Shown: positions 52,731 to 62,804 of the stretch, piece by piece
Position numbering within the stretch: position 1 is the first letter of the stretch
Layout of the letters: every line of letters begins with the position of its first letter
DNA from: a bacterium
GTDB lineage: Bacteria > Elusimicrobiota > Elusimicrobia > UBA1565 > UBA9628
Direction: 5' to 3'
Assembly (NCBI GenBank): GCA_021782205.1
Contig: JAJXVH010000003.1
Coordinates: 31,931-95,930, forward strand
DNA length: 64,000 bases
The notes under the pieces: generated by a model
Seen by the model: only the letters and a program-made list of their open reading frames with translations
Told to the model about the DNA's origin: nothing
The model's database searches: none
Translations under genes and position numbers: made by a program

Positions 52731-54025
52731 GGACCGTGAGCGTCGCCGTCGCGGGGCTGGGAACCGTCGGCCGGGAAACCGTGCGCCTTCTGCGCGAGCG
52801 CCGCGCGCAACTGCGCGAGCGCCTGGGCGCGCAACTCGTCTTGGTCGCGGTCGCCGACCGCGCCGCCGCGCGCGAAAGCCGCGCGCTGGGGCTGCCCGCG
52901 TCGGTCGCGCGCTTCACCGATCCGCTGGAGATGGAGCGCCGCGCCCGGGCCGACGTCACCGTCGAACTGCTGGGCGGCACGGACGCCGCGCGGCGGCTGG
53001 CGCTCTCCGTGCTGGGCCGCGGCGGCGCGCTGGTCACCGCCAACAAGCGCCTGCTCGCACTCTCCTGGCCCGCGCTGACGCGCGCGGCCGCGCGCTCCAG
53101 CGCGCGCCTGGCCTTCGAGGGCGCGGTCGCGGGCGGCGTGCCGGTGCTGCGCGCGCTGGAGTTGTCATTGGCCGGAGATCGCGTGCTGGGCCTTGACGGC
53201 ATCCTCAACGGCACGACCAATTATATTTTGACGCGCTGCGAAGACGGTCTCTCCGCCGAAGCCGCGCTCAAAGAAGCCCAGGAGCTGGGGTTCGCCGAAA
53301 AAGATCCGCGTCTGGACTTGTCCGGCCAGGACGCCGCGCAGAAGCTGTCCGTCTTGGCGGGCGTGGTCACGGGCGGCTGGCTCAAGCCGGGTTCGTTTCC
53401 CGTGACCGGCATACAGTCGGTGACGGCGCGCGACGCGGCCTACGCGCGCGAGCGCCTGGGCAGCGCCGTGCGCCTGATCGCGTCGCTGCGCTTTTCCGGA
53501 ACGGCCCGCGCCCCGCGCGTGGAGGCGGGGGTGTTTCCCACGCTCGTGCCGTTGGGCCATCCGCTGGCCGCCGTGCGCCGGCAATACAACGCGATCTTGG
53601 TGCGCGCGAAGTCGGCCGGCGACCTGATGTTCTACGGACGGGGCGCGGGCGCGGGCCCCACCGCGTCGGCGGTGCTGGCCGACGTCTTCGGCGCCGCGCG
53701 CGACGTGCTGGGCGGCCGGAGTTCGGCGCGCCCGGGCCCGCGCGCGTTGGCGCTGGCCTCGCCGGACGAGACGCTCTCCGGTTTTTATTTGCGCCTGGAG
53801 GTCCGCGACCGGCCCGGGGCGCTGTCGCGCATCGCGGGCGCGCTGGGCCGCGAGCGCGTCTCCATCGCCGCCATCCACCAGGACCGCGCGCGCGGCGCGG
53901 CCGCGGTGCCGGTGGTGATCACCACGCACCCAGCGAAGCTGGGCGCGTTTAACATGGCGCGCCGCCGCATTCTCGCGCTCGAAGACGTCGCACCCCGTCA
54001 CTGCGCCATGCGCACGCTGGCATGA
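52727..54025 (+). CDS. hom: homoserine dehydrogenase
   Basis: GTG start inside ORF 51584..54025 (alternative at 52736). [12 protein letters not shown] (NAD site), [11 protein letters not shown], and a C-terminal ACT-like domain. Confidence 0.9.
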   Translation: MRTVSVAVAGLGTVGRETVRLLRERRAQLRERLGAQLVLVAVADRAAARESRALGLPASVARFTDPLEMERRARADVTVELLGGTDAARRLALSVLGRGGALVTANKRLLALSWPALTRAAARSSARLAFEGAVAGGVPVLRALELSLAGDRVLGLDGILNGTTNYILTRCEDGLSAEAALKEAQELGFAEKDPRLDLSGQDAAQKLSVLAGVVTGGWLKPGSFPVTGIQSVTARDAAYARERLGSAVRLIASLRFSGTARAPRVEAGVFPTLVPLGHPLAAVRRQYNAILVRAKSAGDLMFYGRGAGAGPTASAVLADVFGAARDVLGGRSSARPGPRALALASPDETLSGFYLRLEVRDRPGALSRIAGALGRERVSIAAIHQDRARGAAAVPVVITTHPAKLGAFNMARRRILALEDVAPRHCAMRTLA

Positions 54026-55041
54026 AGACCGGGCTCATCGAGCGCTGGCGCGCGCGCCTGCCGGTGACGGCGAAGACGCCCGTCATCACGCTGGGCGAGG
54101 GCGGCACGCCGCTGCTGCGCGCCGACCGCGCGGCCAAGGCCGCGGGCCTGCCGCCGGGATCCGTCTATTTAAAGCTCGAAGGCCTGAACCCCACCGGCTC
54201 ATTCAAGGACCGCGGGATGACCGTGGCGGTGTCCAAGGCCGTGGAGGCCGGCGCCGTCGGCGTGCTGTGCGCGTCCACGGGCAACACCTCCGCGTCGGCG
54301 GCCGCGTACGCGGCGCGCGCGGGCCTGCGCTGCGTGGTGTTCCTGCCCAAAGGCAAGGTCGCGGCGGGCAAGCTGGCGCAGGCCGTGATGCACGGCGCGG
54401 AGATCGTGGAGGTGTCCGGCAACTTCGACCAGGCCCTGGCGCTGGCGACCGAGGCCGCGAAGGCGAAAGGCTTCGCCCTGGTGAACTCCTCCAATCCGTT
54501 TCGCCTGGAGGGACAAAAAACGGCCGCCTTCGAGATCGTCGAGCAGTTGGGCCGCGCGCCGGACAATCATTTCCTACCGGTGGGCAACGCGGGCAACATC
54601 ACCGCGTACTGGAAAGGCTACCGCGAGCTGGGCCACGCGCCGCGGATGTTCGGCTGGCAGGCCGCGGGGGCGGCCCCGCTGGTGCTGGGCCGCCCGGTTA
54701 AAAATCCGCGCACGCTGGCCACCGCCATCCGCATCGGCAACCCCGTGTCCTGGAAAGGCGCGATCGCCGCGCGCGATGAGTCCGGCGGCGCGATCGGCAA
54801 GGTCACCGACGCGGAGATTTTGGCGGCCTACCGCTTCCTCTCCCGCGAGGAAGGCGTTTTCTGCGAGCCGTGCTCCGCCGCCCCGGTCGCGGGGCTTTTC
54901 CAATTGGCGCGCGCGCATCGCGCGCCGGAAGGCCTGAGCGTGTGCGTGCTGACCGGCCACGGCCTCAAGGATCCGGGCATCACGGCGCGTTTCAAGCCGC
55001 GCGTGCGCCGCGTGTCGGCGGGCGGGAGAATCCGGCTGTGA
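54022..55041 (+). CDS. thrC: threonine synthase
   Basis: 339 aa. LGEGGTPLL and [11 protein letters not shown] (PLP Lys). Confidence 0.93.
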   Translation: MKTGLIERWRARLPVTAKTPVITLGEGGTPLLRADRAAKAAGLPPGSVYLKLEGLNPTGSFKDRGMTVAVSKAVEAGAVGVLCASTGNTSASAAAYAARAGLRCVVFLPKGKVAAGKLAQAVMHGAEIVEVSGNFDQALALATEAAKAKGFALVNSSNPFRLEGQKTAAFEIVEQLGRAPDNHFLPVGNAGNITAYWKGYRELGHAPRMFGWQAAGAAPLVLGRPVKNPRTLATAIRIGNPVSWKGAIAARDESGGAIGKVTDAEILAAYRFLSREEGVFCEPCSAAPVAGLFQLARAHRAPEGLSVCVLTGHGLKDPGITARFKPRVRRVSAGGRIRL

Positions 55042-55949
55042 GCAAGATTCTCGCGCGCGTGGCGGTGTCCGCGCCCGCCAGCACCAGCAACCTGGGCCCG
55101 GGCTTCGACTGCCTGGGTCTGGCGCTGGACCTGCGCAACGAGCTGACGCTGGAGCTGCGCGACGAGGCGGGCCCCGCCGTGGTCGAGGCGCGGGGCGAGG
55201 GCGAGAAAACCCTGCCGCGCGGCGAAACCAACCTGCTGGTCCGGGCCGCGCGCCTGGTCCTGCCGCGCGCCGCGCCGGGCCGCCTCTATTTCCGCGCGAC
55301 CAACCGCGTGCCGCTGGCGCGCGGGCTGGGCTCCTCGGCCGCCGCCGCGGTGACGGGGCTGTGGGCGGCGGCGCACCTGTTCGGCACCTTGCGCCGCTCC
55401 GAAGATGAGCTCGAAAAATTGGCCGTTTCATTGGAAGGCCATCCCGACAACGTGGCGCCTTGCGTACACGGGGGACTCACCGCCAGCCTGGCGGGCTTCG
55501 GACCCCAGCGCCTCAACCTTCACCCGTCTCTTTCGGCCGTGGTCTGCGTGCCGGCCTTCGAGTTGGCCACGAAGAAGGCGCGCGCGGTCCTGCCCAAGAA
55601 GGTCCCGCTGGCCGACGCGGTGTTCAACGCCTCGCGCGCGCTTCTGCTGGCGCGGGCGCTGGAGACCGGCCGGACCGCCCAACTCGCCGAACTGATGAAC
55701 GACCGCCTGCACCAGCCCTACCGCGCGCGGCTGGTGCCAGGGCTGGCCGACGCGCTGGCCTCCGCGGTCAAGGCCGGCGCGGCCGGCGCGGCGCTGTCCG
55801 GCTCCGGGCCCAGCGTGTTCGCCTTCGTGGAAGACGGCCGCGGCCCGCGCGCGGGTGCCGCGATGGTGCGCGCCTTCGCGCGACGGCGCGTGGCCGCGCA
55901 GTGGCTGGCCCTGGCCGTGGACCGCCAGGGCGTGCGCGTGGAAGGCTGA
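55038..55949 (+). CDS. thrB: homoserine kinase
   Basis: GTG start inside ORF 54870..55949, overlapping the thrC stop. [16 protein letters not shown] and GHMP motif [12 protein letters not shown]. Confidence 0.9.
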   Translation: MSKILARVAVSAPASTSNLGPGFDCLGLALDLRNELTLELRDEAGPAVVEARGEGEKTLPRGETNLLVRAARLVLPRAAPGRLYFRATNRVPLARGLGSSAAAAVTGLWAAAHLFGTLRRSEDELEKLAVSLEGHPDNVAPCVHGGLTASLAGFGPQRLNLHPSLSAVVCVPAFELATKKARAVLPKKVPLADAVFNASRALLLARALETGRTAQLAELMNDRLHQPYRARLVPGLADALASAVKAGAAGAALSGSGPSVFAFVEDGRGPRAGAAMVRAFARRRVAAQWLALAVDRQGVRVEG

Positions 55950-57178
55950 TGAAGATCGCGGTCATGAAGTTCGGCGGCACGTCGGTGGCTGATCCAGAGA
56001 AGATCGCGCGCGCGGCCGAGCGCGCCATCGCCGCGCGCCGCCGCGGCGACGCGGTGGTCGTCGTGGTGTCCGCGCCCGGCGAGATGACCGACGAGCTGAT
56101 CGCGTTGGCCGAGCGCGTGACCTCGACGCCCGACGAACGCGAGCTCGACCAGTTGATCGCGACGGGCGAGCAGGTGGGCATCGCGTTGTTCGCGCTGGCG
56201 TGCAAGGCGCGCGGCGCCGACGCGGTCTCGCTGACCGGGCCTCAGGCCGGCATCGACGCGGTCGGCGGGGCGGGGCGCGCGCAGATCCGCCGCATACGGA
56301 CGCGCGCCGTCCTCAAGCATCTGAAGGCCGGGCGCATCGTCGCGGTGGCCGGCTTCCAAGGCCTGGCGCCGAACGGCGACACGGCCACGCTGGGCCGCGG
56401 CGGCTCGGACCTGACGGCGGTGGCCCTCGCCTCCGCGCTGAAGACCGGCCGCTGCGAGATCTTCTCCGACGTCAAGGGCGTCTACACCGCCGACCCGCGC
56501 ATCGTCCACGACGCGCGCAAGCTCAAGACGATCTCGTTCGAGGAGATGCTGGAGCTGGCCGGCGCCGGCGCGCAGGTCATGCAGGCGCGGTCCATGGAGG
56601 TCGCCGAGCGCTTCGGCGTGGAGCTGCACGTGCGCTCCGCTTTTCACAATCAGTCCGGCACGCGCGTGGTCGCTCAGGAGGGTTCCATGCTGGAAAAAGC
56701 GTTCGTCTCAAGCCTCGCCCTCGACAAGAGCGAGGTCCGCCTGACCATCGTCGGCGTGCCCGACCAGCCCGGCGTGGCCGCGACCGTGCTCGGGGCGCTC
56801 GCCGCCGACGGCATCCCCGTCGACATGATCATCCAGTCCGCCGCCAGCCAGTCCGGGGTCAACGACATGTCCTTCATGACACCGAGAAACTTCGCGGTGA
56901 AGGCCAAGAAATCCCTGGAGGCCGCCGCGCGGCGACTGCGCGCGGAGCGCGTGGACCTCAATGATCAAGTCGCCAAGGTTTCCGCCGTGGGCACGGGCTT
57001 CCGCCACAGCCCGCGCATCGCCGCGACCATGTTCGAGGCGCTGGCCCGGTCCAAGATCAACATCCACATGATCTCGGGCTCCGATCTGCGCGTGTCCTGC
57101 GTGGTCGACCTCAAGGACGGCGAGTCGGCCCTGCGCGCCGTGCACAAGGCCTACGGCTTGGCGCGCGGGAGGCGTTAA
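55949..57178 (+). CDS. lysC: aspartate kinase
   Basis: Internal ATG of ORF 55460..57178. [26 protein letters not shown], and tandem ACT domains. Confidence 0.93.
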   Translation: MKIAVMKFGGTSVADPEKIARAAERAIAARRRGDAVVVVVSAPGEMTDELIALAERVTSTPDERELDQLIATGEQVGIALFALACKARGADAVSLTGPQAGIDAVGGAGRAQIRRIRTRAVLKHLKAGRIVAVAGFQGLAPNGDTATLGRGGSDLTAVALASALKTGRCEIFSDVKGVYTADPRIVHDARKLKTISFEEMLELAGAGAQVMQARSMEVAERFGVELHVRSAFHNQSGTRVVAQEGSMLEKAFVSSLALDKSEVRLTIVGVPDQPGVAATVLGALAADGIPVDMIIQSAASQSGVNDMSFMTPRNFAVKAKKSLEAAARRLRAERVDLNDQVAKVSAVGTGFRHSPRIAATMFEALARSKINIHMISGSDLRVSCVVDLKDGESALRAVHKAYGLARGRR

Positions 57179-57712
57179 GTGTCCGTCTTCGTCGCCATCG
57201 ACTTCGAGACCGCCGACAAGGGTCAAGATTCCGCCTGCTCCGTGGGGCTGGTGCGCGTCGAAAACGGCACGATCGCCCGCAAGGTCGTGCAGTTGATCCG
57301 CCCGCCGCGCTTGGATGAGGGCGACCTGTTCACGCCTCCGCCCAGCGAGTTCCAGTTCACCTACATCCACGGCATCAAGCCGCACATGGTGCTGGACCAG
57401 CCCACGTTCGCCGAGGCCTGGCCCCGGCTTGAGCCCATCCTCGCCGGCGCGGACTTCATGGCCGCGCACAACGCGCCGTTCGACTCCGGCGTGCTGACCG
57501 CCTGCTGCGCCGCCGCGCGCCTGCCCAAGCCCCCGCACCGCTTCGTCGACACCGTGCGCCTGGCGCGCGAGACCTGGAAGATTTATCCCACGAAACTGCC
57601 CGACGTCTGCCGCCACCTCGACATTCAGCTCAACCACCATGAAGCCCTCTCCGACGCCGAGGCCTGCGCGCGCATCGTCATCGCCGCCGAGAAGCGGGGC
57701 GTGCGACTGTAG
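57179..57712 (+). CDS. DEDDh 3'-5' exonuclease (DnaQ/epsilon-like)
   Basis: 177 aa. Exo I FVAIDFETAD, Exo II AHNAPFDSGVL, Exo III HHEALSDAEA. Confidence 0.85.
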   Translation: MSVFVAIDFETADKGQDSACSVGLVRVENGTIARKVVQLIRPPRLDEGDLFTPPPSEFQFTYIHGIKPHMVLDQPTFAEAWPRLEPILAGADFMAAHNAPFDSGVLTACCAAARLPKPPHRFVDTVRLARETWKIYPTKLPDVCRHLDIQLNHHEALSDAEACARIVIAAEKRGVRL

Positions 57713-57788
57713 CGGATAGCCGCGGCGTTCGGGGAAAAACGAAGCGCCCGAAGCTTGGCTCGCTCCGGGCGCCTGTCTCAGGGGGACG

Positions 57789-57935
57789 TCAGTGCTTGCG
57801 CGCTTTGCGAACGATCTCGTCCTTACGGGCGCGGCGCAGGTTGTCGGCGATGATGTGGGCCGCGTCGTGCGTCCAGCGGTTCTCCAGAATCCGCTTCGGA
57901 TCGCACGTCACGCGGGCCGCCAGCGCAAGCTTCAT
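57789..57935 (-). CDS. hypothetical 48-aa basic protein (weak call)
   Basis: ATG...TGA ORF below the track cutoff: MKLALAARVTCDPKRILENRWTHDAAHIIADNLRRARKDEIVRKARKH. Lies in a 369-nt gap. No motif recognised. Confidence 0.3.
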   Translation of the reverse strand: MKLALAARVTCDPKRILENRWTHDAAHIIADNLRRARKDEIVRKARKH

Positions 57936-58081
57936 GTTTTGAGTATACCCCCGCCGCGCCTCCGGCGCATTGCAGGAGTGTTACGAAATGGCGAAGTCTG
58001 AAACGCCAAAAGCGACACGCGGCGGCGGGGCACCCCTCGATATCGTCTATAATACCCGCGCGCCGCCGCACGGAGGACGCC

Positions 58082-58285
58082 ATGGATGACAATCTGAAAA
58101 ATAAATTCGACACGCTGCAGAAGGAGCTGGGCCGCGCGCCTAAGGCGGACGCGCGCGCGCGCCAACAGCTGGCCGACGCCGTCGCCGGCCTGCGCGCCGC
58201 GGGCGCGCAGTTCGAGGCCACGCACCCGGCGCTGACCGCGCTGGTCGACCAGATCTGCCGCGAACTCGCGGAGCTGGGAATTTAG
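58082..58285 (+). CDS. DUF4404-like small protein
   Basis: 67 aa. The ending ...FEATHPALTALVDQICRELAELGI matches the characteristic DUF4404 C-terminus. Confidence 0.6.
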   Translation: MDDNLKNKFDTLQKELGRAPKADARARQQLADAVAGLRAAGAQFEATHPALTALVDQICRELAELGI

Positions 58286-58305
58286 CGCCGGCCAGGAGCG
58301 CCCGA

Positions 58306-59127
58306 ATGAAGAACCAGACGATCGCCGTGGTCGGGGCCGGACACATGGCCGGAGCGCTGATCGGCGGGATGGTCCGCTCCAAGCTGGTGCCCGCCCGGTC
58401 GATCGTCGCCGCGCGCCGCTCCGCCGACGCGTTGGCCGAGCTGCAGAAGAAGTGGGGCGTGCGCACGACCACGGACAACCGCAAGGCCGTCGCCGAGGCC
58501 GACATCGTGATGCTCGCCGTCAAGCCGCAGATGGCCAAGAAAGTCATGGAGGATCTGGCCGGCGCCGTGCGCACCGATCAGCTGGTGATCTCGGTGATGG
58601 CGGGCGTGACCACGGCCGCCATCAACAAGGCCCTGCGCGTCGACTGCCCCGTGGTGCGCGCCATGCCCAACACGCCGTGCCTGGTGGACGCGGGGGCCAC
58701 CGCCATCGCCGCCGGCGCTCACGCGGGCGACAAGGACCTGGCCCGCGCCGAAGCGGTGTTCGCCTCCGTCGGCCTGGTCGCGACCTTGCCCGAGTCCGCG
58801 CTGGACGCCGTCACCGGCCTGTCCGGCTCCGGCCCCGTCTACATCTACATGGTCATCGAGGCGATGATCGACGGCGGAGTCAAGATGGGCATCCCACGCG
58901 CGATCGCGGCGAAACTCGCCGCGCAGACCGTCTACGGCGCGGCCAAGCTGGTGCTGGAGACCGGCAAGCACCCGGCCATCCTCAAGGACGAGGTCACCAC
59001 CCCCGGCGGCACCGCGATCAGCGCCATCCACGTCCTGGAAAGCCGCGGTCTGCGCTCCGTGCTGATCGACGGCGTGGTCGCCGCGACCAACCGCTCCTCG
59101 GAACTTTCGAAGCTTCTCGCGGAATAA
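58306..59127 (+). CDS. proC: pyrroline-5-carboxylate reductase
   Basis: 273 aa. IAVVGAGHMAGAL, RAMPNTP, and GLSGSGPVYIYMVIEAM...VTTPGGTAI. Confidence 0.93.
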   Translation: MKNQTIAVVGAGHMAGALIGGMVRSKLVPARSIVAARRSADALAELQKKWGVRTTTDNRKAVAEADIVMLAVKPQMAKKVMEDLAGAVRTDQLVISVMAGVTTAAINKALRVDCPVVRAMPNTPCLVDAGATAIAAGAHAGDKDLARAEAVFASVGLVATLPESALDAVTGLSGSGPVYIYMVIEAMIDGGVKMGIPRAIAAKLAAQTVYGAAKLVLETGKHPAILKDEVTTPGGTAISAIHVLESRGLRSVLIDGVVAATNRSSELSKLLAE

Positions 59128-59185
59128 CGTCCTTGACGCGCGCGCGTCAAGCTGTTATAACCTCCGAAGACGAGACACGTCCGAC

Positions 59186-59224
59186 CCGGAACGCCGAGCC
59201 TGGGGCGCTCCGGTTTTTATTTTT
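59186..59224 (+). terminator. rho-independent terminator downstream of proC
   Basis: CCGGAACGCC / GGCGCTCCGG stem (9 of 10 bp) followed by TTTTTATTTTT. Confidence 0.6.
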
Positions 59225-59229
59225 ACGGC

Positions 59230-60384
59230 TTGCCACAAGAACATATCGACGCCACCTTGATCACCGCCCGCGAGCACCTGGAAGAGGTGTGCGCGGAGCT
59301 GGCGAAATGCCCGCGTCTGGCCTTCGACACCGAGTCGAACGGCTTCTACGCCTACAAGGAGCGCGTCTGCCTGGTGCAGATCTCCTCGCCGACCGAGGAC
59401 TTCATCGTCGATCCCATCGCGATCCCCGATCTGGCGGCGCTGGGGCCCCTGTTCGCCGACCCCAAGATCGAGAAGCTGTTCCACGCCGGCGAATACGACG
59501 TGCTCTGCCTCAAGCGCGACTACGGCTTCCGGTTCGCCAATCTCTACGACACGATGATCGCGGCGCGCGTGCTGGGCATCAAGGAGTTGGGGCTGGCCGC
59601 CGCCATCGAGCGCCAGTTCGGCCTCGTGATCTCCAAGAAGCTCCAGCGCGCGGACTGGGGGCGCCGTCCGCTGACTCAGGAGATGCTGCGCTACGCCCAG
59701 GGCGACACGCACTACCTGATGCGCGTGGCCGACGAGCAGAAGAAGGCTCTCATCGAAAAAGGCCGCTGGGGCGACGCGTCGGAGGCCTTCCGCGAGCTGG
59801 AGCGCCTGGAGCCCAACGTCAAGACCTTCGACCCCGAGGGCTTCTGGAAGCTGGTCGGCCGCCAGGAGCTGGGCGGCGCGGCCATGGCCGCGCTCAAGGA
59901 AATCTGGCTGTACCGCGAACAGCAGGCCGCGGCGCGCGACCGCGCGCCGTTCCGGGTGATGCCCGAGGACTTGATGACGCGCATCGCCCAGGCCTTGCCC
60001 GAGACGAAGGAGGCGCTGGCCGCGGTCAAGGGAATGTCGCCCTACATTTTGGAACGCTTCGGCCCGGGGCTTCTGGCCTGCGTGGAGCGCGGCCGCGCGG
60101 CCGCGCCGCTGACGCGCCCGGCCGCCGCGCCGCGCCAGCGGATGCCCGAGGATGAATGGAAGCTGTTCGAGGCCTTGCGCGCCTGGCGCAAGGAGCGCGC
60201 GGAAAAAGACGGCGTCGAGCCCGTCGTCGTGATGTCGAGCGAATCCTTGCGCCAGATCGCGGCGCACGGCTCGCGCCCCGGCGGCGACCCCCTGGCCCCG
60301 CTCTCCGAGCTCAAGAAGACGCGCTACGGCGACGACGTCCGCCGCGTCGTCGCGGCGACCTTGCCCGCCAAGCCCGCCGTTTAA
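59230..60384 (+). CDS. rnd: ribonuclease D (DEDDy exonuclease plus HRDC domain)
   Basis: 384 aa with TTG start. LAFDTESNGFYAYKERVCLVQIS, HAGEYD, YAQGDTHYL, and C-terminal HRDC-like WRKERAEKDGVEPVVVMS. Confidence 0.85.
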   Translation: MPQEHIDATLITAREHLEEVCAELAKCPRLAFDTESNGFYAYKERVCLVQISSPTEDFIVDPIAIPDLAALGPLFADPKIEKLFHAGEYDVLCLKRDYGFRFANLYDTMIAARVLGIKELGLAAAIERQFGLVISKKLQRADWGRRPLTQEMLRYAQGDTHYLMRVADEQKKALIEKGRWGDASEAFRELERLEPNVKTFDPEGFWKLVGRQELGGAAMAALKEIWLYREQQAAARDRAPFRVMPEDLMTRIAQALPETKEALAAVKGMSPYILERFGPGLLACVERGRAAAPLTRPAAAPRQRMPEDEWKLFEALRAWRKERAEKDGVEPVVVMSSESLRQIAAHGSRPGGDPLAPLSELKKTRYGDDVRRVVAATLPAKPAV

Positions 60385-60391
60385 GCGGCGT

Positions 60392-60592
60392 TCAGCCGTC
60401 CAAAGCGCGGCGCAGGCGTTCCTTCGCCGCGTCGCTAAGGCCCGGCCCCGACTCCGGCAACCTGCTGACCGCCGCGCCCAGCACGGCGAACTGCGCCCGG
60501 GCCCGGCGGCAGACGTCGCAGAGCCAAAGGTGAACGTGAGCGCGCCAATCCAGGCGCCGCCCATCGCGCTCCGCCGACAGCCGGCGCGACAT
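60392..60592 (-). CDS. small zinc-binding anti-sigma factor (ZAS, HxxxCxxC), no TM segment
   Basis: 66-aa internal ATG of ORF 60392..60730, 23 nt downstream of the ECF sigma stop. Motif HLWLCDVC. Confidence 0.6.
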   Translation of the reverse strand: MSRRLSAERDGRRLDWRAHVHLWLCDVCRRARAQFAVLGAAVSRLPESGPGLSDAAKERLRRALDG

Positions 60593-60615
60593 GTCGCGGC
60601 AGTCGGGCAGAACGC

Positions 60616-61206
60616 TCACGCGGCCTCCGGCGCGAAATAGCCTTTTTCCAGGCACCGGCGCAGACGCATGCGCGCGCGGTAGAGGAGAACCGCCAGATGG
60701 CCCGGAGGCACGCCCAGCGTCTGGGCGCACTCTCCGTGCTCCACGCCCTCCATCTCGCGCAGCACGAAAGCCCGCGCGACGTTCGGCGTCAGCGCGTCCA
60801 GGCAGCCGCGCAGAGCCGCGGCAAATTCGTCGCTCTCCGCCCGGGCGTGCGGCTCGCCGCCCCAGTCGGCCGGGGCGTCGGAGCCGCGCCAGTGGCCGTC
60901 GGCCTCGAACCAGGCGTTTTCCCGCTCGTCCTCGCCGTCGCCGCCGAGGGACAGGGTCGACTCGCGCGCCTGGCGGCGCAGATGCTCGAAGATCTTGTTG
61001 CGCAGGATGCCGATCAACCAGGTCAGCTCCGTGGAACGTCCTTCGAATCGCGCGCGCGCGCCCAGCGCCGCGACCAGCGCGTCCTGCACCAAGTCCTCGG
61101 CCGCGCGCTCATCGCGGATGCGCGAGAGCGCGTAGCGGAACAGCCGGTCGCCGTAGGCCGTCACCCAGCCGGCCGGGTCCGACGCACTCTTTTCAGCGGG
61201 AGCCAT
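60616..61206 (-). CDS. ECF-family RNA polymerase sigma factor
   Basis: 196 aa. Region 2 DRLFRYALSRIRDERAAEDLVQDALV...WLIGILRNKI. Region 4 FVLREMEGVEHGECAQTLGVPPGHLAVLLYRARMRLR. Confidence 0.9.
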   Translation of the reverse strand: MAPAEKSASDPAGWVTAYGDRLFRYALSRIRDERAAEDLVQDALVAALGARARFEGRSTELTWLIGILRNKIFEHLRRQARESTLSLGGDGEDERENAWFEADGHWRGSDAPADWGGEPHARAESDEFAAALRGCLDALTPNVARAFVLREMEGVEHGECAQTLGVPPGHLAVLLYRARMRLRRCLEKGYFAPEAA

Positions 61207-61975
61207 GTCCCTCCGGGACGACCTCGGCGACCAGGCGCGCGTCAGCGACGAAGGCGAATAAGCCGCGCGCGCCCTCTTCGTCCAAACCGGAGTATTCCAG
61301 CGCGGCCCCCAACGGGCGGCCCGCCGCCAACGCCGTCAAAGCGGCGTACTCCGGGACGCTCAGCTCGCGTGTGAAAATCTCGTTGGTCCCGCGTTTATAA
61401 AGGACCAGGCGCTGCGCGCCTTCCCAGTCCCCGGACTCAAGCGGGGTATCGTCGGCGCGGTCGCGCTTCCATATCCCATAAATGGAATGCTTGAACGACA
61501 GCAAAACACAGGCCGCGCCCAAGCGCAGAATGGATTGCGGGCCGGCCGCCGCGGCCAGCGCCGCGGGCTCAAGCCCTTCCTGCGCGCGCGCGTGGAACAA
61601 GCGCAGGAACGCCCACTCAAGCCGCGCCAGATCGCCGAGAAACGGCGCGCCCTGGGCCTGGGGACGCGCCTCCAAAAACTCGGGAAAGCTCTCCCCGTAA
61701 TCCGATAAATTATAGGACCGCGACGGGGCGCGCGCGATGAAGTCCCGCGCGGCGGCGAAGAATTCCTCGTCGCCCATGACGCGCCAGCAGGCCTCGTAGG
61801 TTTCGCCCAACGCCTCGGTCAGGCGCGCCGGGTAGGCGTCTCGGTAGACGCCGATCGCCTCGGCGGCCGACAGCCGCCCGCCGCCGGTCACCGCCGCGAT
61901 CAGGTCCGCGTCGGCCGCGAACGTGACCGAGCGCACGAAGCGCCTCTGCAGGCGCTCAAGCGGGCTTGAGCTCAT
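61193..61975 (-). CDS. DUF2063-family partner protein (BufC-like)
   Basis: 260 aa. N-terminal LERLQRRFVRSV... The start overlaps the DUF692 stop by 20 nt. This is the canonical position after DUF692. Confidence 0.75.
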   Translation of the reverse strand: MSSSPLERLQRRFVRSVTFAADADLIAAVTGGGRLSAAEAIGVYRDAYPARLTEALGETYEACWRVMGDEEFFAAARDFIARAPSRSYNLSDYGESFPEFLEARPQAQGAPFLGDLARLEWAFLRLFHARAQEGLEPAALAAAAGPQSILRLGAACVLLSFKHSIYGIWKRDRADDTPLESGDWEGAQRLVLYKRGTNEIFTRELSVPEYAALTALAAGRPLGAALEYSGLDEEGARGLFAFVADARLVAEVVPEGHGSR

Positions 61976-62804
61976 GCTCCTCCCGGCGGATCTCGCGCGC
62001 CTTCACCGCCTGCGCCTCAAGACCCGCCCAGTCCGGGATGTCCGCGTCCCACTCGATGAGCGTCGGCGCGTCCGGCAGGCGCCGGATCGCGCGGCGATAG
62101 AGCTCCCAGACCGGAGGCGTGGGCGCGCGCGAGTGCGTGTCGAACAGGAACGCGCCCATGTCCGAGTAGCCGCCCAAATGAATCTGCGCGACCAGCTCCG
62201 CCGGCACCGCGTCAATATAATCTTCCGCGGCGAAGCCGTGGTTTTGGGCGCTGACGTAGGCGTTGTTGACGTCCAGCAAAATGCGGCAGTCCGCGCGCCG
62301 CGCCACCGCGATCAAGAACTCCCACTCCGTCATCACGGACTCGCGATAGGACAGGTAGCTGGACACGTTTTCAAGCGCCAGGCGCCGCCCCAATGCGTCC
62401 TGCGCGACGGCCACGTTGCGCGCGACCGTGGCGATCGCCTCTTCGGTGTAGGGCAGGGGCAGGAGGTCGTGCACGTTCGACGCGTGCGCGCCGGTGAAGC
62501 ACAGGTGGTCGCTGACCACGAAAGGATCCACGCGGTCGGCCAGCTGGCGCAAGCGCCGGAAATACTCCGGGCGCGGGCCCTCGACGCCGCCGACGGACAG
62601 CGACACGCCGTGCAGGGCGACCGGATAGTCCTCGCGTATTTTAAGCAGGATCTCCAGAGGGCGGCCCTCGGAATCCATGTAGTTTTCAGAGATGGCCTCG
62701 AACCAATCCACCGCCGTGCGCGGACGTCCGAGCAGGTAGGGGTAGTGGACCGAACGCAGGCCCACGCCCGTCATTCCCGCCCGGACGCCCGGCGCCGACT
62801 TCAT
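61956..62804 (-). CDS. DUF692/UPF0276 MNIO-family enzyme (MbnB/BufB-like)
   Basis: Internal ATG overlapping the precursor stop (ATGA). GVGLRSVHYPYLL, WFEAISENYM, HGVSLSVGG, SDHLCFTG, LENVSSYL, LLDVNNAYVSAQNHGF, QIHLGGYS, TLIEWD. Confidence 0.9.
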   Translation of the reverse strand: MKSAPGVRAGMTGVGLRSVHYPYLLGRPRTAVDWFEAISENYMDSEGRPLEILLKIREDYPVALHGVSLSVGGVEGPRPEYFRRLRQLADRVDPFVVSDHLCFTGAHASNVHDLLPLPYTEEAIATVARNVAVAQDALGRRLALENVSSYLSYRESVMTEWEFLIAVARRADCRILLDVNNAYVSAQNHGFAAEDYIDAVPAELVAQIHLGGYSDMGAFLFDTHSRAPTPPVWELYRRAIRRLPDAPTLIEWDADIPDWAGLEAQAVKAREIRREEHELKPA

